DNA of 64,000 nucleotides from Candidatus Latescibacterota bacterium (GTDB lineage: Bacteria > Latescibacterota > UBA2968): assembly GCA_965204375.1 (NCBI GenBank), contig OZ241986.1, positions 6,016,001 through 6,080,000 of the forward strand. The letters are read 5' to 3'. Both the position numbers and the translations under genes were made by a program. Numbering within the stretch: the first letter of the stretch is position 1; every line of letters begins with the position of its first letter. Positions 8,566 to 18,349 of the stretch are shown piece after piece. The notes under the pieces are model-generated. The model had not been told where the DNA came from and did no database searches. It saw only the letters and a list, made by a program, of their open reading frames with translations.

Positions 8566-11500
8566 CTAACCCTCAACGATTTTTAATGTGCTGTTGCCGG
8601 CTGTTAGTTTTTCGACTCTGATCTGGGTTGTGATACGCTGCTTTAGAAGTTCGACATGCGAGATTACACCTACACTTTTGCTGTCCTGATGCAATCCTTC
8701 AAGAGCTCCAATGGCGAGGTCGAGAACCTCTGAATCCAGACTGCCAAAACCCTCATCAATAAAGAGCGATTCAATACGGACATTTCTTCCTGCCAATTCA
8801 GAAAGACCGAGTGCAAGTGCCAGGCTTGCAAGAAAACTTTCGCCGCCAGAAAGGCTGGCCATAGGTCGTGTGACGCTTGCCTGGTGCAAATCTTCGATTT
8901 CGATCTGGAGTTCTTCCTCTGTACGCCTCTGAATTCGGTACCGATCACTCAATCGGGTTAGATGTTGGTTGGCGTGGCGAATGAGTATATTCAGAGAAAT
9001 ACTTTGTGCATATCTGCGAAATTTTGCGCCATCGTGAGAGCCAATCAACAAACGCAAACGGTTCCAGATGGCGAAGTCTTTTTCTGCTTCTTCCAATAAT
9101 TTCTGCTGATCGACGAGTTTTTTACGGTTTTTGTCGTCATCTTCAATCTGTCTTTGCCGAGTTATAAGGTTTTCGATGAGTGTATCCCGATCATCTTGTA
9201 ATTTCTGATGTTCTAATTTGAACTGTTCTGCCTCATCTCCTTCTGGAATTTGGGCTTCTCGAAGAGGTTTGATAGTCTCTTTAGCAATTTGTAATCGAGT
9301 GGTTAGATCCGTGCCTCTGTTATTGAGATCTATTTCGATTTTTTCTATACGGTCGGCTTCTGCCTGATCCAATTTGGCAGCACGCAGGTCATCCAAATCT
9401 TGAAAATCGGATCCTTCCAAAGCCGATATAAGGCGTCCTCGAATTTTTTTCAGTGATTCTTGCGCGGCTTTTGTGTCTATTACTCTGGCATTGAGTTCAG
9501 ATTCTTGAATTTCTAATTTGGTCCTTTTATTTGTCCAATCCTTTTCTGCTTCCTCCACGCCAAGGCACTCAGGAACCTCATCCTCTCCATCAATATCTTC
9601 TGGTTCAATATCCTTGAGTTGTTCAAAAGCAGGGATATATTTCTCAAGCAAGACCTGTGCATTGTTTTCACCTTCTTGCGCTTTTTCGACCACTTCCTCT
9701 GCGTTATCACAATTATCCCTATGTGTTTGATACGCCTTTTCACGATTTTGAAGAGATTTTCGCGCCTTTTCCTCTTTGCCTGTCTCTGGTAATGTAACTC
9801 CAAACATGCTAAGGCTGTCGAGAAGCTCCGTTTCGCATTCTGTCCGATCTTGACATGCTTTTATAGTGACAGGTTGTTGAGAGATTAGTTTCTCGCGAGC
9901 CTCATAGAGCTTTAAAACCCGCTCGTTTTTGGCGTTACGCGTTTCCTCTGCTTTGGTGACTTCCGCCTCGAGTTCCTCAAATGGAAAACTCGGTTCCTGC
10001 CCTTCTGCATAAGGATGCTCAGTTGCACCACAAAGCGGACATGGTTCGCCTTTTACAAGGGAAGCGCGATGTGTATCGTGATCCGCAATTAATTGAGCTT
10101 TATGTAAATGATCCCTGCAACGTTTGAGATTTTTCTCAGCAGAAGTTCGCTCATCTTTAGCATTTTCAATTTCTTCTGCAAATTTTTCTACAATTGTATC
10201 GAGGATTGTTTTTAACTCGTCTTCTTTTGCCTTTTCAAGTAGCCACGGTTCTATCGCGTCAGATGTCAATACCGATGTTATGTCAGATACTTGTTCCCAT
10301 TTAATTTTTTTAATAACTATACCACTATATTTGCGTATCTCTGTCAATACAGATGTTGTATCACATACTTGTTCCCATTCTCGCTTGAGCGTTTCACGTC
10401 TGGATTTCAATTTTGCCAGATTAGCAGCAAGATCTGCGATGTGGCCTGAAAGATCGGCATCTATCTGGTGGGCTTCCAGCCACCCTTTTTCTGTTTTCAG
10501 TGTTTCATTAGCTTCACACGCACGGGTTTTGGCATCTTGGATTGTCGATTTTTGTTCGGCGATTTCATTTTGCAGGATTCTGTAATAATTTAATTTTGTC
10601 TGCTGAAGTTGTTCATATACTTCGTCGCGTTTATCTTGTGCTGCTTGTTTTCTTGCTTCATTAGTTTGTAGCGTATTTTCTGCATTTTGGAGGTGAATGA
10701 GATCATCCCGAAAGGGCGTTGTCTTTTGGTGTCTTTTGAGGAGTTGTAATTCGGATTTGGCGTCTTGGCGTTCTGTTTCCAAAACTTCTAAACCATTTGT
10801 TATTTTTTTATGTTTTGTTACTGCCGATTCGAGTTCATCAATTTTTCCAACAATTTTTGATTTTTTAGCGAGATCTTTTTCCAGCACACATTTTTTTTCT
10901 TTTAACTTGGTGATACGATCTTCGACTTCTTCGCGCTCTTCATCTTGAAGAATCTCAATTTGTTCGAGTACTTGCTGTTTGAGCTTTAGATCATTCTCAC
11001 GGCGCGTCGCTTCCTGGTGAGCACGGATACTAAGGTCTGAATAGATAGCTGTTCCCGTAAGGCACTCGAGAAGTGCTGCACGTTCATTTGCGTTGGATTT
11101 TAAGAACCGCGCAAACTCACCCTGCGCGAGCATGACGCTTCTTAAGAAACGGTCGTAATCAAGTCCTATCAGTTCCTCAATCTTCTCGTCGCACTCACGC
11201 ACTTTCTGTGTGAGCGTAGTGCCATCTATATCGTATATATAACGTTGTGGAGACTGGATTCTGCCATCTGCTTTACCGCGTGCGCGTCTTAGTTGCCAAA
11301 CGGCCGTGTACTTGCCTTCGGGGACTTCAAACTCAACTGCAGCAGAGCACTCCCCACAGCGGCGGCTCATCATGTTTTCAGGACTGGGCTGATTGCCATA
11401 ACGAGCAGCACGACCATAAAGAGCAAGGGTAATGGCATCGAGCAATGTTGACTTGCCAGAACCTGTTTGTCCAGTAATTGCAAACAGGCCTGCATTTGAC

Positions 11501-11580
11501 AAGGGTTCAACGGTCAGATCAATGGTGTGTTCACCGCGTAAAGAGTTCAGATTCTTGAGAATGATGCGTTGGATTTTCAT
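8566..11580 (-). CDS. sbcC: SbcC (Rad50-like) ATPase subunit
   Basis: Walker A GQTGSGKST, long coiled coil, zinc hook CPLC, signature LSGGE, Walker B LFIDEGFGSLD. Confidence 0.93.
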   Translation of the reverse strand: MKIQRIILKNLNSLRGEHTIDLTVEPLSNAGLFAITGQTGSGKSTLLDAITLALYGRAARYGNQPSPENMMSRRCGECSAAVEFEVPEGKYTAVWQLRRARGKADGRIQSPQRYIYDIDGTTLTQKVRECDEKIEELIGLDYDRFLRSVMLAQGEFARFLKSNANERAALLECLTGTAIYSDLSIRAHQEATRRENDLKLKQQVLEQIEILQDEEREEVEDRITKLKEKKCVLEKDLAKKSKIVGKIDELESAVTKHKKITNGLEVLETERQDAKSELQLLKRHQKTTPFRDDLIHLQNAENTLQTNEARKQAAQDKRDEVYEQLQQTKLNYYRILQNEIAEQKSTIQDAKTRACEANETLKTEKGWLEAHQIDADLSGHIADLAANLAKLKSRRETLKREWEQVCDTTSVLTEIRKYSGIVIKKIKWEQVSDITSVLTSDAIEPWLLEKAKEDELKTILDTIVEKFAEEIENAKDERTSAEKNLKRCRDHLHKAQLIADHDTHRASLVKGEPCPLCGATEHPYAEGQEPSFPFEELEAEVTKAEETRNAKNERVLKLYEAREKLISQQPVTIKACQDRTECETELLDSLSMFGVTLPETGKEEKARKSLQNREKAYQTHRDNCDNAEEVVEKAQEGENNAQVLLEKYIPAFEQLKDIEPEDIDGEDEVPECLGVEEAEKDWTNKRTKLEIQESELNARVIDTKAAQESLKKIRGRLISALEGSDFQDLDDLRAAKLDQAEADRIEKIEIDLNNRGTDLTTRLQIAKETIKPLREAQIPEGDEAEQFKLEHQKLQDDRDTLIENLITRQRQIEDDDKNRKKLVDQQKLLEEAEKDFAIWNRLRLLIGSHDGAKFRRYAQSISLNILIRHANQHLTRLSDRYRIQRRTEEELQIEIEDLHQASVTRPMASLSGGESFLASLALALGLSELAGRNVRIESLFIDEGFGSLDSEVLDLAIGALEGLHQDSKSVGVISHVELLKQRITTQIRVEKLTAGNSTLKIVEG

Positions 11581-12824
11581 GCGTTTGTGCCTTCTGTTTC
11601 ATAGAGGTCAAGTAGTTGAGCAAAAGCAATTTTAAGTTCCTGTTTATGTTCTTTATCCATATTGGGTTCTTGTTCCAGTCGATGCTCGAATACCTTTGTG
11701 GGATCATCGAGAAGTGTTTCGATGTCTTCGTTACCTACGGGGGGCTCTGGCAGAGTCGCACCTTCTCGCAATACTTTTAACACTTTAAATTCCCGCTTTG
11801 CTACCAAACTCTGTACGGCTTCGTTGATATCCTCGCCAAAGCCTGCATCTTTGACAACAACCTCGACCCAGGTTTCCAATTCGCCAGTGTCAGGATTAAA
11901 ATTGCTGATGGCTTCTGATAGGTCATCCCACGATGTGCGAGTCTGGGTCAATCTGCGGAATACAGGCACCGGAATGGGTGTTTGCGTTTTTAAGGTGCCG
12001 TCTGCAAAATCGAGTATTTGAACCTCTTTGGTATCATTTGCTTCGCTAAAGCTCAATGCGATGGGAGAGCCGGAATAACATACGTGGTTATCTGGTGTTT
12101 GTGGACGGTGCAGATGTCCCAGGGCGACATAAGAAAAGATATCGGGAAATACGTCTGTGCTAACGGCACCAAGACCACCGATATGGATTTCTCTTTCGCT
12201 ATCCGTTTTTGAGGTACCCATGACAGTGAGATGGCCTGTTGCCAATATCGGTACACCCTTTTTAGACCATTTAGCTGTTGCTTCGGCGGTCTCCTCATAA
12301 CGCTTTTTAATGCCATCCGTGAGTGCCTGTTGAATATCGCTTTCATCCTGACCGGCATAGCCTTTTCTCAGGTCCTTGTCTCGTAAAAAGGGAATAGCTG
12401 CAATGACAAGGCGTGGATTGTCAGGTGAAGGCAAGACAATAAGGCGAGAGGCAGGATCTTCGGGCAAGAAACCCACGACATGGGCACCGAGTGCATGCAG
12501 TACCTGGCGCGGTGCTTCTAATTGTAATGGTGAATCATGGTTGCCTGCAGTGACGATGAGTGAACAGTTGGTGTTTTTGTAAAGTTGAGAAACAAAATCG
12601 TAATATCGAGTCTGTGCCAATTGAGGAGGGTTTGCGGAGTCGAATACATCGCCTGCAATGACCAGTACATCGACAGCACATTCGTCAATAATTTTGAGTA
12701 ACCAGTTGAGAAATAGCTCATGTTCTTCATCCCGTGGTTGATCATTTAATGTTTTTCCCAAATGCCAATCGGCTGTATGCAAGACGCGAAAAGTAGCATC
12801 GGATTTGTTGGTCAAATCGGTCAT
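11577..12824 (-). CDS. sbcD: SbcD (Mre11-like) nuclease subunit
   Basis: HTADWHLG, AGDVFD, GNHDS and ALGHLH metallophosphoesterase motifs; ATGA overlap with sbcC. Confidence 0.93.
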   Translation of the reverse strand: MTDLTNKSDATFRVLHTADWHLGKTLNDQPRDEEHELFLNWLLKIIDECAVDVLVIAGDVFDSANPPQLAQTRYYDFVSQLYKNTNCSLIVTAGNHDSPLQLEAPRQVLHALGAHVVGFLPEDPASRLIVLPSPDNPRLVIAAIPFLRDKDLRKGYAGQDESDIQQALTDGIKKRYEETAEATAKWSKKGVPILATGHLTVMGTSKTDSEREIHIGGLGAVSTDVFPDIFSYVALGHLHRPQTPDNHVCYSGSPIALSFSEANDTKEVQILDFADGTLKTQTPIPVPVFRRLTQTRTSWDDLSEAISNFNPDTGELETWVEVVVKDAGFGEDINEAVQSLVAKREFKVLKVLREGATLPEPPVGNEDIETLLDDPTKVFEHRLEQEPNMDKEHKQELKIAFAQLLDLYETEGTNA

Positions 12825-13020
12825 AGTGTTATTTTCATTGAATCAGCAACTTAGGTTAGCGCGTTGCTGAATTTTGTGTAGTGGATGGTGGAGTTCCCAT
12901 AGCGTCGGGAAGACTGCCTATATGAGCCATTTCATACATCAAGGCGGTCTGGGATTGAATTATGCACACCCCTCACATAATTCCATTTTTGGATTAGGTC
13001 TAAGACCTTAAGCGGATATA

Positions 13021-13230
13021 TCACCCACGTTTATCCGGTATTCTTCGCGATTCCATCGCTGCGCCACTTATTTCAGCGACATTTCTATCGGGCCAGAGGT
13101 TTTGCTGCCATTTCGTATAATCGAATGGCTCTCGCAAGATCAAGCTGATAAATTTCTCAGCTTCAACGATACCCAAAACATCTACCAGTGCGCGTAGTCC
13201 CTGTACTCGTATTTCAGTATCGGTTCTCAT
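13021..13230 (-). CDS. Small conserved hypothetical protein, putative antitoxin
   Basis: MRTDTEIRVQGLRALVDVLGIVEAEKFISLILREPFDYTKWQ resembles small proteins I associate with PIN-domain genes (recalled, not searched). Confidence 0.55.
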   Translation of the reverse strand: MRTDTEIRVQGLRALVDVLGIVEAEKFISLILREPFDYTKWQQNLWPDRNVAEISGAAMESRRIPDKRG

Positions 13231-13293
13231 ATCTGATCTTTTTAGATAAGTCAATCCAGCATGGATATACACCCCATAACTTATTTGACACCA

Positions 13294-13806
13294 TTATATC
13301 GACGGCGCATGCCCACCAGCATCTTCGATTTTATCTGAAATATCGCAGGGGAAGGTGGCAAAAATTTTCGAGCTATCTATTGCAGAGATATGATTATAAA
13401 AATGAATCTGTCCTGACTCGTCACATATCCACACTTCACGGGCACCCCGGGCGAAGTACAGTTCTTTTTTTTCTTCTAACTCTGCCATAGAATTTGAAGG
13501 CGATCTGATTTCAATACAGATTTCTGGCGCGCTCTGATAAGGTGTTTCCAGGCCATTATTCTGAAAGAATTGTCTCGAAGCCCAGATTACATCGGCAACT
13601 TTTACACCTTTTGATGTCTGTACAGAACACTCGACAAAGGCGATGCCACTCTCACTGTGCTGGCCTAACATCATGGATAAGAGTGTCTGAATAAAGCCGT
13701 GTTTGTTTGATGCTGGACTCATGACGATATTTCCCCATTGATCCTGTTCAATTTTGTAAGGGAGGTCCTCAAGAGTTTTGTCTTCAAGGATTTCTGACCA
13801 TTTCAT
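13294..13806 (-). CDS. Uma2 (DUF820) family endonuclease
   Basis: G-IVMSPA..H, VADV, APEICIEIRSPSN, KKELYFARGAREVWI. Confidence 0.88.
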   Translation of the reverse strand: MKWSEILEDKTLEDLPYKIEQDQWGNIVMSPASNKHGFIQTLLSMMLGQHSESGIAFVECSVQTSKGVKVADVIWASRQFFQNNGLETPYQSAPEICIEIRSPSNSMAELEEKKELYFARGAREVWICDESGQIHFYNHISAIDSSKIFATFPCDISDKIEDAGGHAPSI

Positions 13807-13831
13807 GGTGGCTTACCTCCTCGCAGTAAAT

Positions 13832-14692
13832 TCAATCATCACCTAATAACTTCTGTGCGTTTTGATATGTGATTTTGTCAAATGCTTCTTTAGGTAAGTT
13901 CAGGCGCTGGAGATAGTCCATTAAGCGCGTGTCGAAATAATCCCTTCCAAATAACAGGCTGTCTTGAAATTCGATCAGGAATTGCCTGCCAAATGTTTCG
14001 TCTCTGCTGATTGCCGTCAGTCCCGATCCCGCGGAGAGGTCGGCGTATAGATTGTCGTATTGCCTGAGCATCTCGGGCACTTTGCCGCCCGGTTCAACCG
14101 GACCGTTGGGATAGGCTTCTTTGTCGAATTTGCCGTCGCCGGAAATGTGCGCCCAGAATCCAGGCGCATGGCCGATGAAATTGGTTTCGGGACATGCGAT
14201 AATCGCCCGTTCAAATGCTTCGATGCTACCGCCATACCACCAGTTTGGTCGCGGGTAATCCCCTCGCCCGTGATCGATGGGGTAGTCGAGATGGATGGTG
14301 ATCGGCAGGCCCAGTTCGCCGCAGACGTGGTACAGTCTGATGGCGTCTGGATCGTCGAATACGACTCGTACCTTTAGTTCGCTGGCAACCCGAATCCCGT
14401 GAATTTCTACGGCTGCTTTTAAGCGGTCAATCGCATCGGGCCGCTTTGGGTGTGGCATATATCCCAGTACAAATCGGTCAGGGGCTGTGCGTCCTACCTG
14501 TATCACGTCTTCGAGGGGGATGCACACGCCTGTTGGGGGCAATACTTTGTGATAACTGGGGCTGTATTCGTCTTCTGGCGCTTCCCAGGAAAAGAGCCAC
14601 ATCTGGTCGATGTTTTGCTCGTCCATGTTTTTCAATATTTTTTCGGCGTTGAATCCGTGCCAGTTCGGGTGATTGTGCGCGTCGATTAACAT
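13832..14692 (-). CDS. Amidohydrolase_2 family metal-dependent hydrolase
   Basis: IDAHNH, PITIH, FIGH, NLYADLS and LLFGRD motifs. Confidence 0.85.
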   Translation of the reverse strand: MLIDAHNHPNWHGFNAEKILKNMDEQNIDQMWLFSWEAPEDEYSPSYHKVLPPTGVCIPLEDVIQVGRTAPDRFVLGYMPHPKRPDAIDRLKAAVEIHGIRVASELKVRVVFDDPDAIRLYHVCGELGLPITIHLDYPIDHGRGDYPRPNWWYGGSIEAFERAIIACPETNFIGHAPGFWAHISGDGKFDKEAYPNGPVEPGGKVPEMLRQYDNLYADLSAGSGLTAISRDETFGRQFLIEFQDSLLFGRDYFDTRLMDYLQRLNLPKEAFDKITYQNAQKLLGDD

Positions 14693-14704
14693 GTGAATCT
14701 CCTT

Positions 14705-15778
14705 TTAAACCAGATATGCGCCATCCCGGATGATTTGGCGTGTCTTCCCGTCTGCTGAAATCAACAGGAGTGACGCCACTTGTATCGGGCTGTCTTTGGC
14801 ATAGACGATGTCTTCGTGAACAATGTGCGCGGGGGACTTGAAATGTTCTGGTCCTATTGTGCCGCCGAGATGTTCGCTGCGTCCATAAGCCCAGTGAAAG
14901 CCCGCTTTTTCATCTTCTAAGACATTACCCCAGACAACGGCTTTTGGATTACATCCCAGGGCGAGTTCGGCGATGTTGCCGCGTATCGGGTCTTCCTCGA
15001 AATAGGTTTTGAAGCTCGCTGCCTGTGTTGTTTCTCCCGCGACATCTACTATCCGATTGTTCTCGACCCGAAATACGATGACGTCGCCATTATCACTGAC
15101 GGGTATTTCGCCTTCCGTGCGGCTCGGTTCACCCTTTTTTTCTCCTTCGTATGGTACCTGGAAGCTTTCGCCACTCGGCAAGTTGATGATGGGAAATGCC
15201 GAGTTTGCTTTTTCTCGGGGCAGTTGCCCGTCGTCTTTGTGGGCTTCTCGGTAGCGCAGGTCAACGGTCCATTTGTGTCCGGTGGAAAAAATAACCCGCG
15301 CGTATTCCGCTTCGGAGAGTGCGTCCATTAATATCTGGCAGCGTCGCGCCACTTCGGTATAATCTGCAGAGAGCGCGGTTTCTTCCATACGTCGGGCAAC
15401 GCCTGGCAATGATGCGGCGCGAAAATCATTGTGTGAACGCGCCCACATAGATAGCGGTGCTGTGGCGGAGAATTGCGTGAGTGCATTTACGATTGTCGCT
15501 CGTGTCAGGCCGTCCCGCAAGGGGATGGGGTCGCCTTTGTCGAGGGGCAAATTGCCATTGTGTGTACCGGTCGCGGGAAAGGTGATGAGGGGCAGGACGT
15601 CAAAGCCAATTTGTTCGCCGAGCGATCCCCAGGCCGCACGCCATTCGGCGGCCATTTCTCTGCGCTCGCGCCAGGTTTCGCTATCGCGCAGTTCACCGTG
15701 CGGGACATCGGCAATGACTGCTATTGTTTCGTCGGGTTCGGGATGAAATACATCTGTGAATAATTTGTGTAAGTCCAT
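14705..15778 (-). CDS. M29-like (thermophilic metalloprotease) aminopeptidase homolog
   Basis: NLPSGE, IAELALGCNP, LEDEKAGFHWAYG, HEDIV. Confidence 0.7.
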   Translation of the reverse strand: MDLHKLFTDVFHPEPDETIAVIADVPHGELRDSETWRERREMAAEWRAAWGSLGEQIGFDVLPLITFPATGTHNGNLPLDKGDPIPLRDGLTRATIVNALTQFSATAPLSMWARSHNDFRAASLPGVARRMEETALSADYTEVARRCQILMDALSEAEYARVIFSTGHKWTVDLRYREAHKDDGQLPREKANSAFPIINLPSGESFQVPYEGEKKGEPSRTEGEIPVSDNGDVIVFRVENNRIVDVAGETTQAASFKTYFEEDPIRGNIAELALGCNPKAVVWGNVLEDEKAGFHWAYGRSEHLGGTIGPEHFKSPAHIVHEDIVYAKDSPIQVASLLLISADGKTRQIIRDGAYLV

Positions 15779-15779
15779 T

Positions 15780-16592
15780 TTACAAGTTGTCCAGTACAGC
15801 GCGCAGTTGCCGCACGCCTTTTAGCATTAGCTCTGGGGAGCCCCAGTGTTCGATGCTCACGTTGCCCGTATAGCCGTCTGATAAGACCATTTTGAGCAGG
15901 TCTTCGTATTTTATATTGCTTTCGCGAATGGGGTCCAGTTCTTTGTCGGGGTTGGGTTTGACGTGCAGATGGGTGATCCGCCCTTTGATCTGTTCGTATC
16001 CCTCGGGGATGGCTTGTTCGCCACATCCGATGCCGTTGTTCACGTCCCAGCAGAAGCTGAATCCCGATGTGTCGCCGAGGGCGTCGGCGACCATTCTCGC
16101 TTCCGCACAGGTGCCGGCAATGGTTGCGCCTTCGTTTTCCAGCGATAGGGTGACGCCTTCGCGTTCGGCTGTTTTGGCTATGGGGTCGAGAAATGGCACG
16201 ATGACGTCGAGATAATTCTCAACGCCGGGTCGATTTTCCCGGTCTCCTTTTCGCCGATTGGGATTCCACAGGGAAAATCCGCGGATGACGGTTGTATCAA
16301 ATGCTTTTGCGAGTTCGATCATGCGGTCAAACATGCGCTGGTGTTCGGATTTTTCTTCGTCGCTGTCGTGCGCGCATTTGCCCACGGGCGAGCCGACGGA
16401 CATGACGGTTACATTGTATTTTGCCAGTACGTCCTGGACGCGCTGCAGTTCGTCATTGTCGATTTCCTGTACGCGTTTGCCCCAGATGCCGCCGCGCAGT
16501 TCAATGCCCGTTGCACCTGCTTCTACGCCCAGGCGCACAGATTTATCAAAATCAGCTTTGTCGATTTCATCTGCAAAATAACACAGTTCCAT
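15780..16592 (-). CDS. Sugar-phosphate isomerase/epimerase (xylose isomerase-like TIM barrel)
   Basis: FADEI, IELRG, LENE, WDVNN, HLHVK, SIEH; SD AGGAGG before ATG 16592. Confidence 0.85.
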   Translation of the reverse strand: MELCYFADEIDKADFDKSVRLGVEAGATGIELRGGIWGKRVQEIDNDELQRVQDVLAKYNVTVMSVGSPVGKCAHDSDEEKSEHQRMFDRMIELAKAFDTTVIRGFSLWNPNRRKGDRENRPGVENYLDVIVPFLDPIAKTAEREGVTLSLENEGATIAGTCAEARMVADALGDTSGFSFCWDVNNGIGCGEQAIPEGYEQIKGRITHLHVKPNPDKELDPIRESNIKYEDLLKMVLSDGYTGNVSIEHWGSPELMLKGVRQLRAVLDNL

Positions 16593-16726
16593 TCGTTCCT
16601 CCTGTAAATGGTCAAAATGACTTGGTGTCATATCATATAACATCTTTTTGAACAGTCAAAGAAAAACGCGACCCACGCGAGTTTATTTTTCGTTTTTCAT
16701 TTTTCATTTTTCATTATCATGGTCTT

Positions 16727-17047
16727 ATGAATGAACAGACGCGAAAGAAAATTCTGCAATCCACGCCGCACCCAAAGGGGATTCGCAAGGTGGATAGAAA
16801 ACGCCTGCTGGCGCAGTTGTCCCAGGCTGACCCGCCGCCCGATTACGACCGGTATATTCGGTCTAAGTCATGGCAGATTAAGAGGCAGAAGTTTCTCGCC
16901 CATTATAATTGTCAGTGCGTTTTGTGTGGGAGCAAAGAGCATTTGCACGTGCATCATTTGCACTACAAGACGCTGGGGAATGAGGGGGTGGAGGATGTGA
17001 TTGTCTGTTGCAGGCGTTGTCATTTTATCGAGCACTTTAAGAAGTGA
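16727..17047 (+). CDS. Small stand-alone HNH endonuclease-like protein
   Basis: Y..YIRSKSWQIKR, CVLCG, LHVHHLHY..LGNE, CRRCH. Confidence 0.75.
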   Translation: MNEQTRKKILQSTPHPKGIRKVDRKRLLAQLSQADPPPDYDRYIRSKSWQIKRQKFLAHYNCQCVLCGSKEHLHVHHLHYKTLGNEGVEDVIVCCRRCHFIEHFKK

Positions 17048-17068
17048 GAAATATTTCCGGAGATTTTT

Positions 17069-18349
17069 ATGCCGAATATTATCATTATTACCACGCACGA
17101 TACAGGTCGGCATTTTGGGTGTTATGGTGTCGATACGGTACATACACCCGCGATTGACGCGATTGCCGACGATGGGTTTAAGTTTACCAATTATTTTACG
17201 ACGAGTCCGGTGTGTAGCCCCAGCCGGGGGGCTATGCTTACGGGGCGCTATCCGCAGAGCAATGGTTTGATTGGGTTGACGCATTCGCCGTGGGATTGGT
17301 GTTTTAATGAGGGGGAGCGACACCTTTCGCATATTTTGCGGGATGCGGGCTATTATACGGCTCTTTTTGGTTTGCAACACGAGGCGTCTAATACGGATGA
17401 TCTGGGTTTTGAAGCGACTTTTGCACAGCGCGATGAAACGGGTCGCCGTGCAAACGCGCTTGTCGTTGCCCAGGCTCTGGCGGATTTTCTCAAGGCAGGC
17501 GCGGGTTATAAGACGCCGTTCTACGCGCAAGTCGGTTTTTTTGAGACCCATCGTCCGCACGATTTTGGCGATGTGGGGCCTGATGATAGTAAGGGTGTTG
17601 ATGTGCCGCCTTATCTAATTGATGACGAGACGTCGCGCCGGGAACTGGCTCTGCAACAAGGTGCGATCCGCCGCGTTGATGAGGCGGTTCAGATTATTAC
17701 CGATGCATTGAGGGAGAGTGGCTTGGAAGACGATACGCTGCTGGTTTTTACGGTTGATCACGGTATTGAATTTCCGAGGGCGAAGTGGTTTTGCTATGAC
17801 GCGGGTATTGGCGTTGCATTGCTGATGCGCTGGCCCGGTGGGGATGTTCGGGGTGGACAGTCCTGTGATCATTTGCTCAGCAATGTCGATTTTTTGCCCA
17901 CGCTTATGGATCTCATACAGCATCCCATTCCGGATAATGTGGAGGGTTTGAGTTTTGCCAGTATGTTCAAATATCCCGATGCGGAACCCACGCGCGATGC
18001 GGCTTTTTCCATTTTTCAGGGTAGCGATAGTCGCAGTGTTCGCACCGATCGCTACAAGTTTATTCGCAATTTTAGTCCGCGGCGATTGATAGATGGGCCA
18101 GTTGATATGACCGATCCCCCAAGACCGCGTATCAAACAACCGGTGGCACAGCTCTACGATCTGGAAAAAGATCCCAATGAGTTTGAGGATGTCGCCCATA
18201 AACCCGAATATCGGGATGTGTATCATGCGTTGAGCCAGCGCCTGTGGCAATGGATGGAAGATGTAAATGATCCGTCGCTCAAGAGTCCGATTCCCACGCC
18301 GTATTATTGGGAGGCGATGGCGGAATACAACACGAGAAAGGAAGCGTAA
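17069..18349 (+). CDS. Sulfatase (formylglycine-dependent)
   Basis: PNIIIITTHD, CSPSRGAMLTGRY (CxPxR), DHG, LYDLEKDPNE. Confidence 0.92.
   Translation: MPNIIIITTHDTGRHFGCYGVDTVHTPAIDAIADDGFKFTNYFTTSPVCSPSRGAMLTGRYPQSNGLIGLTHSPWDWCFNEGERHLSHILRDAGYYTALFGLQHEASNTDDLGFEATFAQRDETGRRANALVVAQALADFLKAGAGYKTPFYAQVGFFETHRPHDFGDVGPDDSKGVDVPPYLIDDETSRRELALQQGAIRRVDEAVQIITDALRESGLEDDTLLVFTVDHGIEFPRAKWFCYDAGIGVALLMRWPGGDVRGGQSCDHLLSNVDFLPTLMDLIQHPIPDNVEGLSFASMFKYPDAEPTRDAAFSIFQGSDSRSVRTDRYKFIRNFSPRRLIDGPVDMTDPPRPRIKQPVAQLYDLEKDPNEFEDVAHKPEYRDVYHALSQRLWQWMEDVNDPSLKSPIPTPYYWEAMAEYNTRKEA

Noticed and set aside
10264-10379. Possible CRISPR array
   Set aside because: Only two imperfect repeats, in frame inside sbcC, with no cas genes or leader in the window; kept only as an insertion-scar finding.
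12851-12900. DtxR/IdeR half-site (TTAGGTTAGC) and a fluoride-riboswitch-like start (GATGGTGGAGTTC)
   Set aside because: The second half of the operator and the 3' riboswitch consensus are both missing.
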